This document shows, piece after piece, positions 18,904 to 29,739 of a DNA stretch of 64,000 bases. A program made the translations under genes and the position numbers. The notes beneath the pieces are model-generated. The model saw nothing but the letters and a program-made list of their open reading frames with translations. It was not told the origin of the DNA and ran no database searches. The stretch comes from Syntrophales bacterium (GTDB lineage Bacteria > Desulfobacterota > Syntrophia > Syntrophales > UBA2210): NCBI GenBank assembly GCA_963666365.2, contig CAXXNF010000001.1:1472442-1536441 (forward strand), read 5' to 3'. How positions within the stretch are numbered: position 1 is the stretch's first letter; each line of letters starts with the position of its first letter.

Positions 18904-19710
18904 CTAAAAGAGAGACGCGCCTGAGCCGTCCTCTCTCACGTGTACGCGCGTGATGTGCAGGCCTCTTCCGCTTTCATCGTCAATTTCGACAATCACGCCC
19001 TGGAGACGTACATCCCTCTTGGCAACGTCGAACTTATTGGGGCGCGAGGTCAGAAACCGTTCGATGACGATATCCGTTCGCATTCCCAGAATGGAATCAA
19101 AGGGTCCCGTCATCCCCGCGTCGGTAATGTAGGCAGCGCCCTTGGGAAGGATCCCTTCATCAGCCGTTTGCACATGGGTATGGGTCCCGATAACGGCGCT
19201 GACCCGGCCGTCGAGAAACCATCCCATGGCCTGCTTTTCCGATGTTGTTTCCGCGTGTATGTCCACGATTACCACGGGAGTTTCAGTCCTGAGAGATGCA
19301 ACTTCACGCTCGGCCGCCCTGAAGGGGCAATCCAGGGGGCGCATGAACACCCTTCCCTCAAGGTTGAGTACGGCGATGGGTGGTCCGCCTTCCTTGCACT
19401 GCGCCACGATGCTTCCCCGACCCGGCGTACCTTCCGGATAATTTATCGGACGGAGAAGCATTCGATATTCATCAAAGCAATCCACCATTTCCTTTTTGTC
19501 CCAGATGTGATTGCCCGAGGTAAACACGTCGATAGGATTTTGAAGAAGTTCATCCATAATATCGCGGGTCACGCCAAACCCCCCGGCGGCATTCTCACAG
19601 TTGGCAATCACGAAATCAATTGCATTGCCTTCGATTATGCCGGGCAGTAATCGCTTGATGGCCCTTCTCCCCGGTTTTCCGACGATATCCCCTATAAACA
19701 ATACCTTCAT
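18904..19710 (-). CDS. ymdB: YmdB-like metallophosphoesterase (TIGR00282)
   Basis: Motifs FIGDIVGKPGR, NCENAAGGFG, SGNHIWD, DIHAETTSEK and GTHTHVQTAD; follows rny. Confidence 0.93.
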   Translation of the reverse strand: MKVLFIGDIVGKPGRRAIKRLLPGIIEGNAIDFVIANCENAAGGFGVTRDIMDELLQNPIDVFTSGNHIWDKKEMVDCFDEYRMLLRPINYPEGTPGRGSIVAQCKEGGPPIAVLNLEGRVFMRPLDCPFRAAEREVASLRTETPVVIVDIHAETTSEKQAMGWFLDGRVSAVIGTHTHVQTADEGILPKGAAYITDAGMTGPFDSILGMRTDIVIERFLTSRPNKFDVAKRDVRLQGVIVEIDDESGRGLHITRVHVREDGSGASLF

Positions 19711-19722
19711 GTCCCATCGGTC

Positions 19723-21288
19723 CTATTTCGCAAAGTCGGACACCCTCATTTCCCGTATCACCGTTACCTTAATCTGTCCGGGGTAGGTGAGTTCCGATTC
19801 GATTTTCTTAATGATATCTCTGCAAAGTATCACGGCTTCATTTTCCGAAGTCTTTTCGTTTTCCACAAGAATGCGTATTTCGCGGCCCGCCTGAATCGCA
19901 AAACACTTATCCACTCCATTGAAGGAATTGGCGATTCGTTCCAGATCGGTGAGACGTTTGACGTAGGATTCCAGCATCTCTCTGCGGGCGCCCGGCCGTG
20001 CCGCGGAAAGGGTGTCGGCGGCCTGTACGAGAACGCCCAGCAAGGTGTTGTTGCGGCCGTCGTCATGATGCGAGGCGATTGCCTGTACAATATTTTTTGA
20101 TTCCCCATATTTTTTGGCATATTCGGCGCCGATGGCCGCATGGGTCCCTTCAATCTCATGATCGAGGGCCTTTCCTATATCATGAAGGAGACCGGCGCGT
20201 TTTGCCTCCTTTATGTTCAGTCCCAATTCAGCGGCCATCATCCCGGTAAGATTGGCCACTTCAATAGAGTGTTCCAGCACGTTTTGTGAATAACTCGTTC
20301 TGAACCTGAGTTTTCCAATCAAGTTAAGGAGTTCGGGGTGAATGTCGTGTATGCCGCTATCGAAGGCGACACGTTCTCCCGTTTCGCGGATCACCGTTTC
20401 TACTTCCGCCTTTACCTTCTGGACAATATCCTCGATTCTGCCGGGGTGAATGCGTCCATCGCTTATGAGCCGTTCAAGCGACTTTTTTGCCACCTCGCGA
20501 CGAATCGGGTCAAAGCTCGAAAGCACCACCGCCTCCGGCGTATCGTCAATAATCAGATCCGTTCCCGTCGCCGCCTCGATGGCCCGGATATTCCTTCCTT
20601 CCCGCCCTATAATCCTCCCTTTCATTTCATCGGAGGGAAGATTCACCACCGAAACGGTATTTTCCGCTACATAATCGGATGCATACCGCTGCACCGCATA
20701 GGCGACAATTTCCCTCGACCGGCGTTCCGCCTCTCTCCGGGCTTCGTCCTCTATCGTTCGAATGGTTCCCGCCGCATCCCGTTTTGCGTCGGACACCATG
20801 GCCTGCACAAGATATTCCCGGGCTTCGTCGGCGGTAATGCCGGCAATCTTTTCCAGTTGCTGTTGCTGTTCCTGAATTGTCTTGTCAAGGGCCTGATGCT
20901 TTTCGGAAAGGAGGGTTTCCTTGCCGACGAGAGACTTCTCCCGGGTCTCGATGTTGCTTTCCTTCTGGGCGAGCGTGTCCATGCGCTTATCCAGATTTTC
21001 CTCTTTAAGTCGAATCCGTTTTTCTAATTTATCGAATTCCCCCCTCTTTTCTTTCGATTCCAGCTCGAATTCACTTTTTGCCTTCAGCAGGTAGTCTTTT
21101 GCCTGCAGGATCGCTTCCTTTTTTATGTTTTCCGTTTCCTTTTTTGCTTCTTCGATGATGCGCTGTGCAAGGCTTTCCGATGATTCCAGCATTTTTTTTG
21201 AAAGCCGCACCCTGAGAAGATAGCCCCCCAAAGATCCACAGGCAATTGCAATTATTACAATTGCCGCTAATAATTCATAACTTACCAA
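19723..21288 (-). CDS. rny: Ribonuclease Y
   Basis: N-terminal TM helix, coiled coil, KH domain ([13 protein letters not shown]), HD domain (LLHDIGK), [12 protein letters not shown] start after GAGG. Confidence 0.96.
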   Translation of the reverse strand: MVSYELLAAIVIIAIACGSLGGYLLRVRLSKKMLESSESLAQRIIEEAKKETENIKKEAILQAKDYLLKAKSEFELESKEKRGEFDKLEKRIRLKEENLDKRMDTLAQKESNIETREKSLVGKETLLSEKHQALDKTIQEQQQQLEKIAGITADEAREYLVQAMVSDAKRDAAGTIRTIEDEARREAERRSREIVAYAVQRYASDYVAENTVSVVNLPSDEMKGRIIGREGRNIRAIEAATGTDLIIDDTPEAVVLSSFDPIRREVAKKSLERLISDGRIHPGRIEDIVQKVKAEVETVIRETGERVAFDSGIHDIHPELLNLIGKLRFRTSYSQNVLEHSIEVANLTGMMAAELGLNIKEAKRAGLLHDIGKALDHEIEGTHAAIGAEYAKKYGESKNIVQAIASHHDDGRNNTLLGVLVQAADTLSAARPGARREMLESYVKRLTDLERIANSFNGVDKCFAIQAGREIRILVENEKTSENEAVILCRDIIKKIESELTYPGQIKVTVIREMRVSDFAK

Positions 21289-21463
21289 TGTGCCTACCTC
21301 CTTGCCGCAACCCCTCTTGCGAAGTTGCACTAAATCGTGATACCGCTATGATAGAGGCGATTAGAGGGAAGGTATGTGAAGGGCGAGTTCTCTAAAGATA
21401 TGCAAGTAATTCGATACACACCACGGTCAAAGCAGGAATTCGACGCACCGCCGCGACCGAAAT

Positions 21464-21660
21464 AATCCCCCGCATATGCCGTGTCAACCCTATTTTTGAA
21501 CCTTATACAAAGAGTGGATTCTCTGTTGCTGCTTTAGGCTTTCCGCAAAATTCCCCGAAGGGACCGAAACGGACGTGCTCACCACAGGCAAGGAAGAGCT
21601 TCCGCGCACAAGGCTGTTGGATCAAAAAACAAAAGTTAATCACGAACATCGCAGGGGATT
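21464..21660 (-). ncRNA. ssrS: 6S RNA
   Basis: About 195 nt directly downstream of zapA. The ends are complementary (AATCCCCTGCG...TGCGGGGGATT on the minus strand), as expected for the rod structure, and the synteny is canonical. Confidence 0.85.
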
Positions 21661-21663
21661 TCC

Positions 21664-21957
21664 TTATACTATATGCTCTTTCGTTATTATATAATCTATC
21701 AACTCTGCCGTTCTGTTTTCCATTTGGCTGTAAAACCGATCTTTCTGACCTCGCTCTTCAAACAACTCGTCTGCAATATTTAACGCAACCAGTATGGCAA
21801 TATCTAAATTGGTGCTGTCTTTTACTACCTTCCTTGTTTCCGTTGCCCTCTCGTTTACGTATCTGACGACACGCGCTACATATTCATCCCCTTTATCACT
21901 CAGGATTGAAAATTCCTGCTCCATTACCGTGATGTCGAAACGCTTCTTCAATATCAC
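21664..21957 (-). CDS. zapA: Cell division protein ZapA
   Basis: Motif IAILVALNIADEL; size and synteny fit. Confidence 0.88.
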   Translation of the reverse strand: MILKKRFDITVMEQEFSILSDKGDEYVARVVRYVNERATETRKVVKDSTNLDIAILVALNIADELFEERGQKDRFYSQMENRTAELIDYIITKEHIV

Positions 21958-21969
21958 TTTCCTTCCGAC

Positions 21970-22200
21970 TTATTGCGGGACATCCACTCCGCTCAGTCGT
22001 TCAAGCAGCGAATCAATCTTAGTACGGACAGTATTCCTTTCTTCGCTCAGGGTCCTAATTCTCCCCTGCGCCTCCTCCAGTTCCCCGGTTTTCCCTGCCA
22101 GCAACGCTTCCAACTCTTCATTTCTCTGTTTGAGCTGCACATATTGATCTACAATCGTTTTTATCTTTACTTCAAGTTCGTCGAATTTTTGTAATTCCAC
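21970..22200 (-). CDS. zapB: ZapB-like coiled-coil protein
   Basis: FDELEVKI...ERNTVRTKIDSLL coiled coil, upstream of zapA. Confidence 0.7.
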   Translation of the reverse strand: MELQKFDELEVKIKTIVDQYVQLKQRNEELEALLAGKTGELEEAQGRIRTLSEERNTVRTKIDSLLERLSGVDVPQ

Positions 22201-22402
22201 GTCTGCTGCTACCCTTCCATTTTTAAATTTTTTGTCTTCAAAATCAACCGTTAGCCCTATCTATACCAGCTCTGTAAGAAAAGTCAAGGCGTTTTCTCCG
22301 GCATTATTGTGATGCAATCACTTGATATTTCGGTATAAATCTCTTTGTGACCGGCCGATTGGTATGGGGAAAGAGACCCGTAACGGAGGCGATCTTTTTC
22401 AA

Positions 22403-23416
22403 TTATTCGTCCGATGATCCAATGTCTCGCCCCTGAAGGGCGCCGCCATCGATGTCAGGGGAATGAAGAAAAGAGTGGAGAAGGTCGAGTAAGGTTTCAA
22501 GATCTTTGATCATGGTGGCGGCGTTCCTGAATTGCGCGCCTCCCGGCAACCCCTTGGTATACCAGAGGAGGTGTTTTCTGAAGCTGCGAACGCCTGCCGT
22601 CTCTCCATAAAGGGCGATTGACATTTCCAGGTGTGCAATGATGGTAGCTTCCCGTAACGCCGGTCTCGGAGGCGGCGGATGAATCCCCCTGTTCAAATAT
22701 GCCTGGATTGCTTCGAAAATCCAGGGATTCCCCAGGCTTCCCCTGGCGACCATAACGCCGTCACATCCCGTCGAATCCAGAACTTTCCGCGCGTCTTCCG
22801 GCGTCCAGAGATCCCCGCTGGCAATTACGGGGATTGAGACGGCCCTCTTGACCTCCTCGATCAATTTCCAGTCCGCACATCCCTGAAATCCCTGTGATGC
22901 CGTTCGCGGGTGCACCGTAACACTGTCGGCGCCGCTGTCTTCTGCAATTCGGGCGATATCGACCACATTCACCGAATCCCGACGCCATCCCGCTCTCAAT
23001 TTTACCGTGACGGGAAGGTCTGTGGCACGCCGTACGAGGGCGACGGCCAGTGATACCTTAGCAGGATCCTTCATCATGGCGGCGCCGGCGCCTGACTTTA
23101 CCACCTTTTTCACGGGACACCCCATATTGATGTCTATCAGATCGGCTTTTTCATCCGTGGCGATGCGGGCCGCCTCGGCCAGTATGTGAGGGTCAGCCCC
23201 GAACAGCTGAGCGCCCAGTGGTCTGTCCTCCGGTGAAGAGGCAAGGTAGCGACGGGTGCGCGCCGACTGCCTGGCAAGTCCCACCGCGCTGATCATTTCC
23301 GTAAAGCAGAGCGCCGCGCCGAACCTGTGCGCAACTGTGCGAAAGGCGAGATCAGTGATCCCGGCCATGGGCGCCAGAAAAACATTGTGCCTCAACTTCA
23401 GCGTGCCGATACGCAT
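22403..23416 (-). CDS. dusB: tRNA-dihydrouridine synthase B
   Basis: Motifs LAPMAGITD, DINMGCPVKKV, PVTVKLRAGW, HPRT and GSLGNPWIF. Confidence 0.93.
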   Translation of the reverse strand: MRIGTLKLRHNVFLAPMAGITDLAFRTVAHRFGAALCFTEMISAVGLARQSARTRRYLASSPEDRPLGAQLFGADPHILAEAARIATDEKADLIDINMGCPVKKVVKSGAGAAMMKDPAKVSLAVALVRRATDLPVTVKLRAGWRRDSVNVVDIARIAEDSGADSVTVHPRTASQGFQGCADWKLIEEVKRAVSIPVIASGDLWTPEDARKVLDSTGCDGVMVARGSLGNPWIFEAIQAYLNRGIHPPPPRPALREATIIAHLEMSIALYGETAGVRSFRKHLLWYTKGLPGGAQFRNAATMIKDLETLLDLLHSFLHSPDIDGGALQGRDIGSSDE

Positions 23417-23439
23417 ATCTATAACGACATTCCCTCTTC

Positions 23440-23962
23440 TCCCTCAGAGCCGCCGAGCCCGCAGAGAAAACCTATTTTCTATTGTCTTTTCTCTTTTCCT
23501 CTGCGCCCCGGCGTCTCTGCGCGAGATGCGTTTCTTTTTTTTGTCTCCCGCAGAGGCGCAGAGTCCGCAGGGAAAGCCTTTTTATATTTCTCAAATCCCC
23601 TGTATTCTCTGTGCCCCTGCGCGAGCATGTTTTTTTGTTCTTCCTCAGAGGCGCCGAGCCCGCAGGGAAAGCTTTTTATATCTCATAAATCCTCTGCATT
23701 CTCTGTGCCCCTGCACGAGCATGTTTTTTTTGTTCTCCCGCAGCCGTCGAGCTCGCTGAGAAAACCTATTTTATATTATCTTTTCTCTTTTCCTCTGCGC
23801 CTCGGCGTCTCTGCGCGAGATGCGTTTCTTTTTTTTGTCTCCCGCAGGGCCGCAGAGACCGCAGGGAAAGCCTTTTTATATCTCTCAAATCCCCTGTATT
23901 CTCTGTGCCCCTGCGCGATTTTCCTACTTTTCCTACTCTTCCTACTCTTCCTACTTTCCTCA
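23440..23962. repeat. Cluster of family-A palindrome doublets followed by TTCCTACT[T/C] satellite
   Basis: Repeated CGCAGAGGCGCAGAG...CTCTG[C/T]GCC[T/C]C[G/T]GCG modules; 23460-23620 recurs at 23758-23918. Confidence 0.9.
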
Positions 23963-24176
23963 CTCTTCAACTTTTCACTTTCCTTATCATGCGAGGAGAT
24001 CGAGGCGCAAGATCGGGTTTCGAGGTGCGAGTCCAATCCAATTCTTGCGTGAATAATGTGATTTGTGTAAGATGTGAGCGCACTGCAGATGTTCTGCCGG
24101 CGCCTTCCGCCCGAGGCGTTCTCCGGAAGGTGCGTGGGTGTCAAAAATTTTTTGCTGATAAAAAAAGGAGCGAATC

Positions 24177-25031
24177 ATGGATAAAAAAGCACTGATCGAT
24201 ATGTTGAACAGAGATCTTGCCGATGAACACGCGGCGGTACTGCGGTATCTGATTCATGCCTATCAGGAGGGCGAGGATACCCCTGTCGGGGCAAGCCTCC
24301 TTTCCCGTTCTCGCGAGGAGATGTGGCATATGCACTGGCTCGGAATGATCATCGGCGGATTGGGTGGCGAGCCCGATTTCACAATAGGACCCTACCCCTT
24401 TGATCCCACGTCAAGAGCGACCATGCTCAAATCCTACATTGAGTATGAGGAAAAATTAATTCCCCATTACAACATAGAAGCGGAAAAGGTCGACGACCCC
24501 CATATAAAGCGCGTTCTGCAGAGGGAGGCCTGGGAATCGGCCATTCACGCGCGACGCTTTCACCGGCTGCTCGACAAGCTTTCACCGGAAGTTGCCGATG
24601 GCCTCCCCGAAGGGGATCATGAGCTGCCGGCGGCATTTACGGACACACTCACGAAGGAACTCCTCCTGAAATATACGGAAATGCTGCAGCACATCCGGAC
24701 CTCCTGGGTGTTTCAGGCGGAAGATGCCCTGGGGTGGAAAATTATGGATCAGGCCATGGAAAAGATGAAACATCTCGCCATGTTTGCTGAAGCGCTTGCC
24801 GAAGACGGGGCCGGACTTTCATTTAACGCGGGGGCGATCGATACAAGCCGGGCGATCGGAGACGCACTGAAAAAGGCGCTGGAAGATCTTCAAAGGGTCG
24901 GCGCCCGCTATGAGGAGCTGAGAAAAGACGGAGAGTTTGTAACTCACGCGGGTCTTGTCATGAAAATGGATCTGGCGGTGCAGCAGATCGACTATCAGAC
25001 CGATGAAATTAAAGAATGGCGAAAGAAGTAG
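24177..25031 (+). CDS. Ferritin-like protein with two tandem di-iron-type domains
   Basis: LNRDLADEHAAVLRY, EEMWH and ESAIH in the first half; EKMKH in the second half. Confidence 0.75.
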   Translation: MDKKALIDMLNRDLADEHAAVLRYLIHAYQEGEDTPVGASLLSRSREEMWHMHWLGMIIGGLGGEPDFTIGPYPFDPTSRATMLKSYIEYEEKLIPHYNIEAEKVDDPHIKRVLQREAWESAIHARRFHRLLDKLSPEVADGLPEGDHELPAAFTDTLTKELLLKYTEMLQHIRTSWVFQAEDALGWKIMDQAMEKMKHLAMFAEALAEDGAGLSFNAGAIDTSRAIGDALKKALEDLQRVGARYEELRKDGEFVTHAGLVMKMDLAVQQIDYQTDEIKEWRKK

Positions 25032-25034
25032 CAT

Positions 25035-25490
25035 ATGATAGACATTCGAAGAGCCAAAAAAGAGGATAAAAACAGGGTGATTGAACTTCTCGGCCAGTTT
25101 CCACCTGAGGAAATTTCCCTTGACTGGGAAGCCGCGGCTGCCGCATACCTCCGGCTTGTGGATGATCGGGAGCGCTACAGCATTTTTGTGGCAGACGAGG
25201 ACGGGGAGATTCAGGGAGTGATTACCATGTCCTACCCCATGGCGATCCGGTGCTGCGGCGTCTACAGCTGCATCGAGGAATTCATAGTCGCCGCCGGCGG
25301 GCGGGGCAAGGGGGTGGGCGGCACACTCCTTGCCGCGGCGCTGGAAGAAGCCGAATCAAGAGGATGTGACGAACTCCAGGTCAACAATCCCAGTGCGGCG
25401 GGCTATCCCGTGTATTTAAAATACGGATTCAAGGATCTGGGCAAACACCTGAAGATCATGTTTCCTCACAATGCCCATCCGGGTGCGTAA
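25035..25490 (+). CDS. GNAT family N-acetyltransferase
   Basis: IEEFIV...RGKGVGGTLL acetyl-CoA motif; YLKYGF. Confidence 0.85.
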   Translation: MIDIRRAKKEDKNRVIELLGQFPPEEISLDWEAAAAAYLRLVDDRERYSIFVADEDGEIQGVITMSYPMAIRCCGVYSCIEEFIVAAGGRGKGVGGTLLAAALEEAESRGCDELQVNNPSAAGYPVYLKYGFKDLGKHLKIMFPHNAHPGA

Positions 25491-25496
25491 GAGCAC

Positions 25497-25890
25497 AGCA
25501 TGTTTTTTTGTTCTCCCGCAGAGGCGTTGAGAGCGCTTTGATCATTAATAGCGTTTGGATCGTTAGTATCGTTAAGAACGTTATGATCGTTGAGATCGTT
25601 ATTTTTTTTATCCTCTGCGTCTCGGCGTCTCTGCGCGAGATGCGTTTCTTTTTTTTGTCTCCCGCAGAGCCGCTGGAAGCGTTTTGATCGTTAATAGCGT
25701 TTGGATCGTCAGTATCGTTAAGAACGTTCTGATCGTTCTTTTTTCTTATCCACTGCGTTCCCTGCGACTCTGCGCGAATTTTCCTACCCTTCAAATCCCC
25801 CTCAATCCCCCTTTACAAAGGGGGAAGTCGACGATTCCAACGTTCTAAACAAACCCAACACTTTCTACCCTTCCTACTCTTCCTACTTTT
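25497..25890. repeat. Composite repeat tract: family-A arms, CGTTAATAG/AACGATCGT 9-bp satellites, family-C arm (25793-25832), TTCCTACT satellite
   Basis: Modules match other loci; the tract lies between convergent genes. Confidence 0.85.
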
Positions 25891-27407
25891 TAACTTTTTC
25901 CTTCGAACGATACGAAATTCAGACCAGAATCCGCGTCGAAGCGCACGGTTCCATTTCGCCCTACCAGTTCGACCTGTTCCATGCGCAGTAAATCTTCGGC
26001 GGGCGCATCGATGTGGGCGAGGGTGCGGCGGCCGTTTTCCAGCCGTCCGACAACAGTGCCACGGTCGGGGCGGTTCGCTTTGTCATGGCGAATGACATAG
26101 GCCTCTACGGTGAGCATTCCAAGGGCCTTTTCGACCGGTTCGGGGAGGGCCGTTTCGTCGACGGCCCTCTGCTGGGCACTGTTATCAAGATCATTCCACC
26201 AGGGTCGCGTGGGCGGCTCTCCACCATAGATGCCGACGGCCTGCTTCGTCAGGTACCACCCGTTTGCGGTGATCATGGCCTTAAGGCGCCGTTGCGCGCG
26301 AATGCGCTCCACCGCGGAGGCGATGGCGTGCATGGTGTAGTTGTTGCCCGGTCCGCCGAAATAGGAAAGTCCTCCGGTGACCGAGAGGTCCCGACTGTCT
26401 TCTTCGGGAATGCCTATTTCGACCCGGGCGATTTCCACGACGACGGGGAAACAGCTGTAAAGGTCGAAGAGGCCGATATCGTCAAGCGACAGATCCGCCT
26501 GTTCGAGGCACCGGCGGGCGCAGATGCCAATTGCCGGCGATCGATGGAGCTGAGGCCGCCGTGAGACGTACCAGACATCATTCAGGCCGTATCCTGCCAG
26601 GGGATAGACCCAGCGCGCGGGATCGATCTGAAGCTTCCGGGCTGTTTCCACTGTGGTCATGATCAGGGCGGCCGACTGGTCCACATCGATATTGGCGTTC
26701 ATCCTTTTGGTATAGGGATATCCGATATAGCGGTTCTCGGCGCTTGTGAAGGCGATGTCGGAAGCCGAATAGGCCTTTGCATACCAGGCATAGGGATTGG
26801 ACGCAGCAATTTCCGAGAGGCGGGTGCAGAGCTGACCCATATATCGCTGATGCTCTTCAGGGGTGTAACCCTGCCGGGCCCTGAAGGCCGTTTCGAAGAG
26901 CGGATACATATAGGAGGGAAGGAACAGGTCGTATCGTCCTTCCAGATCGTTGAGGCCGGACCGGTTGTCCCCCTCGATGTGCTCCGGCGGTTCCGCCTCG
27001 GGCCATTGCAGTACAACCTCTCCTTTGAGGGCCCGTCGAAGCGCATAAAAGGCCTCAGCCCCGGTCATCAGCACCGCCCTGCTCTCGCCTGACGCGAGAG
27101 ACCGGGCCGCCTTTGCCACCAGCATCTGCGGCGTATTGCCGCCGACGGCGGTGTAGTAATTCTTGCGACAATTAAGGGCAAGTCGCTGCGCCAGCATCCC
27201 CGGCGCGTCGCGGTACGACCATTGGAACAACTGGATCACATGCAGTTCGTCTATCAACGCGCCTATGCCTGCATTCCCCGTATCGGCCAGGGCCTTCCGG
27301 CCCGCCCGTTCCATAAGTCCCAGAGGATCAAGAGGCGCTTCAGCGTCTTTTGCCTGCCGATACTGTGCGGCCCCTACTATCACGGGTATCCGTTCAGGAT
27401 TCATCAT
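25890..27407 (-). CDS. Thiolase-like protein (acetyl-CoA acetyltransferase-related, non-canonical)
   Basis: Motifs PVIVGAAQ, GGNTPQ, YPYTKRMNA, DLYSCFP and TGGLSYFGGPGNNY. Confidence 0.8.
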   Translation of the reverse strand: MMNPERIPVIVGAAQYRQAKDAEAPLDPLGLMERAGRKALADTGNAGIGALIDELHVIQLFQWSYRDAPGMLAQRLALNCRKNYYTAVGGNTPQMLVAKAARSLASGESRAVLMTGAEAFYALRRALKGEVVLQWPEAEPPEHIEGDNRSGLNDLEGRYDLFLPSYMYPLFETAFRARQGYTPEEHQRYMGQLCTRLSEIAASNPYAWYAKAYSASDIAFTSAENRYIGYPYTKRMNANIDVDQSAALIMTTVETARKLQIDPARWVYPLAGYGLNDVWYVSRRPQLHRSPAIGICARRCLEQADLSLDDIGLFDLYSCFPVVVEIARVEIGIPEEDSRDLSVTGGLSYFGGPGNNYTMHAIASAVERIRAQRRLKAMITANGWYLTKQAVGIYGGEPPTRPWWNDLDNSAQQRAVDETALPEPVEKALGMLTVEAYVIRHDKANRPDRGTVVGRLENGRRTLAHIDAPAEDLLRMEQVELVGRNGTVRFDADSGLNFVSFEGKS

Positions 27408-29185
27408 CAGTTGCGTTGGTCTCCTTTTCTTGCTTCCCGGACCAGAGAACGGTTGATAACGGCCTTGTTGTAGGCCGAAAAAATATCTCTTCTGGAGAGA
27501 ATGCCGATGATCTTGCGAGGATTGGCGTCGTCGACCACGGGAAGCTGTTCTATGTTTTTGAATCCGATTTTTTCAAGGGCCTTGTCCAGACTTTCGTTCT
27601 GCCTGATCGTGACGACGCCTGCCGTGGCAATGTCCTTGACGATGATCAGATTGTCCAATTCTTTTTCCATCATGATTTCCTTGAAATCCTGAAAACTGAT
27701 GATGCCGCTTAAAAGGCCCTTTTCATCAACGACGGGAAAGCTGGCGTGCTTGCTCGAAAGCGTTGAATCCATTAGTTTATTCAGATGCATCTGCTCCGAG
27801 ACGACCTCTACCTCTTTCGTCATGGCGTCTTTGACGCGGATGGACTTCATGATGTTGACCTCCCGTCCCGCCCGTATATCCGTGCCACGACGGATCAGTT
27901 TAAGGGTGTAAATCGATTCCCGTTTTATGTGACTCGCGACGATTGTGCCGATGATGCAGGAAAGCATAAGCGGCAGAATAATCTTGTAGTCGCCGGTCAT
28001 TTCGAAAAGTATGAAAATCGCGCCCAGAGGACCATGGGTGGTGGCCGATACAAGGGCGCCCATGCCGACCAGGCTGTAGGCGCCCGACGATGCGGTGATG
28101 TTGGGGAAGAGAGCGTGTATGGCGCACCCGAAGGCGCCTCCCGTCACGGCGCCGATAAAGAGCGAGGGTGCAAAAATTCCACCGGAGCCCCCCGATCCGA
28201 TGGTAAGTGATGTGGCGACTATTTTCAGAAAAATGAGAGCAAGCAGGACATACCAGGCGAGCTTTTCAATCAGGGCAAGACCGATGGCATCGTACCCGAC
28301 GCCGAAAATATGAGGGAAGAACATGCCGATTGTGCCGACCAGTATCCCACCGATGGCGGCCTTGGTATAATCGGGAATTTTGATGGATGAAAACATGTCT
28401 TCGGTGCGGTACAGCAGCGTGGTGAATATGACGCCGGCAAGGCCGCTGACCACCCCCAGAAGGATATAAAACGGTATCTCCCAATAACTCACGAGGCTGT
28501 AGTGGGGGACGAGAAAGGCAGGATAATTGCCCAGGTAGGCGCGGGAGACCGCCGTCGCAATAACCGAGGAGACCACGATAGGGCTGAAGGTGGCGATGCC
28601 GAATTCTCCCAGAATGATTTCCATGGCGAACATGACTCCGGCGATGGGGGCATTGAAGGTTGCTGCAATGCCCGCAGCCGCGCCGCAGCCGACAAGGGTG
28701 CGCATCCTGTCCGCCGATACATTCATAAGCTGGCCGAAGGCGGAACCGATGGCCGCGCCGATCTGCACGATGGGTCCTTCCCGTCCCACCGAGCCTCCCG
28801 ATCCAATGGAGATCGCCGACACAAGAGACTTGATGAGAACCACCCGCTTTCTGATGATGCCCCCCTTGAGGGCGACGGCCTCCATAACCTCGGGAACGCC
28901 GTGGCCTTTGGCCTCACGGGCAAAGAAGTACACAATGGGACCCACCAGCACTCCGCCGATGATCGGTGGAATGAGTTTTTTATACCAGGGAAGATTGATT
29001 AAAAGAGAAAGGGAGTTGTCCGATCCCATTCCAAAAAAGAGCACATTGAAGAAATGAATCAACCATCTGAATCCCACCGCACCGTATCCGGCCAGAAGCC
29101 CCACAATTGTGGCCATGGCGATCATCACCGCGAATTCATTTTTCTTAATGTCCCGGAACATCGTGCCGAGAGGCGCAATTTTCAT
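27407..29185 (-). CDS. ClC family chloride channel/transporter with C-terminal CBS pair
   Basis: Motifs GHGVPE, GREGP, FNAPIAG, GGIFAP and EMTGDY, plus CBS domains. Start uncertain. Confidence 0.92.
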   Translation of the reverse strand: MKIAPLGTMFRDIKKNEFAVMIAMATIVGLLAGYGAVGFRWLIHFFNVLFFGMGSDNSLSLLINLPWYKKLIPPIIGGVLVGPIVYFFAREAKGHGVPEVMEAVALKGGIIRKRVVLIKSLVSAISIGSGGSVGREGPIVQIGAAIGSAFGQLMNVSADRMRTLVGCGAAAGIAATFNAPIAGVMFAMEIILGEFGIATFSPIVVSSVIATAVSRAYLGNYPAFLVPHYSLVSYWEIPFYILLGVVSGLAGVIFTTLLYRTEDMFSSIKIPDYTKAAIGGILVGTIGMFFPHIFGVGYDAIGLALIEKLAWYVLLALIFLKIVATSLTIGSGGSGGIFAPSLFIGAVTGGAFGCAIHALFPNITASSGAYSLVGMGALVSATTHGPLGAIFILFEMTGDYKIILPLMLSCIIGTIVASHIKRESIYTLKLIRRGTDIRAGREVNIMKSIRVKDAMTKEVEVVSEQMHLNKLMDSTLSSKHASFPVVDEKGLLSGIISFQDFKEIMMEKELDNLIIVKDIATAGVVTIRQNESLDKALEKIGFKNIEQLPVVDDANPRKIIGILSRRDIFSAYNKAVINRSLVREARKGDQRN

Positions 29186-29324
29186 CAGATCAGCCGTTTC
29201 CGAATTGTTGATACTGCGGAAATAAAAAGTCCTTTTTACATAAGCCTTACCTTTCCATTTTGCAACTGCAAAATATTTCCCGGTATACCCCGGGAATTCA
29301 TTGTGATATGAAAGTGGCAAAAGC

Positions 29325-29735
29325 AGGAAGAGTGAAAAAAGTAGGAAAAGTAAGAAAAGTAGAAAGAGTGGAAAATACCGCGCAGGGGCGCGGACAACGC
29401 AGGGGATTTATGATATAAAAAGGCTTTCTCTGCGGACTCAGCGCCTCTGCGGGAGACAAAAAAAAGAAAAGCATCTCGCGCAGAGACGCCGAGGCGCAGA
29501 GGAAGAGAGAAAGGAAAAATATACAATAGGTTTTCTCAGCGGTCCCTGCGCCACTGCGGGAGATAAATAGGTAAAATCAAGAAAAACACATTCGCGCAGT
29601 GATGTAAGAGAAAAGAACGATCATAACGTTCTAAACGATACTAACGCTATTAACGCTCTCAACGATCAAAACGATTTATCCCGTGAAATGCGAAGCCTAT
29701 TTCACCGGGGCCAAACAGACCAAACAGACCAAAAT
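29325..29735. repeat. Composite repeat tract: AAGTAGGAA satellite, family-A doublets, AACGAT 9-bp satellite, family-G hairpin, CAGACCAAA satellite
   Basis: Same modules as 14904-15285, in reverse order and orientation. Confidence 0.85.
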
Positions 29736-29739
29736 GACC

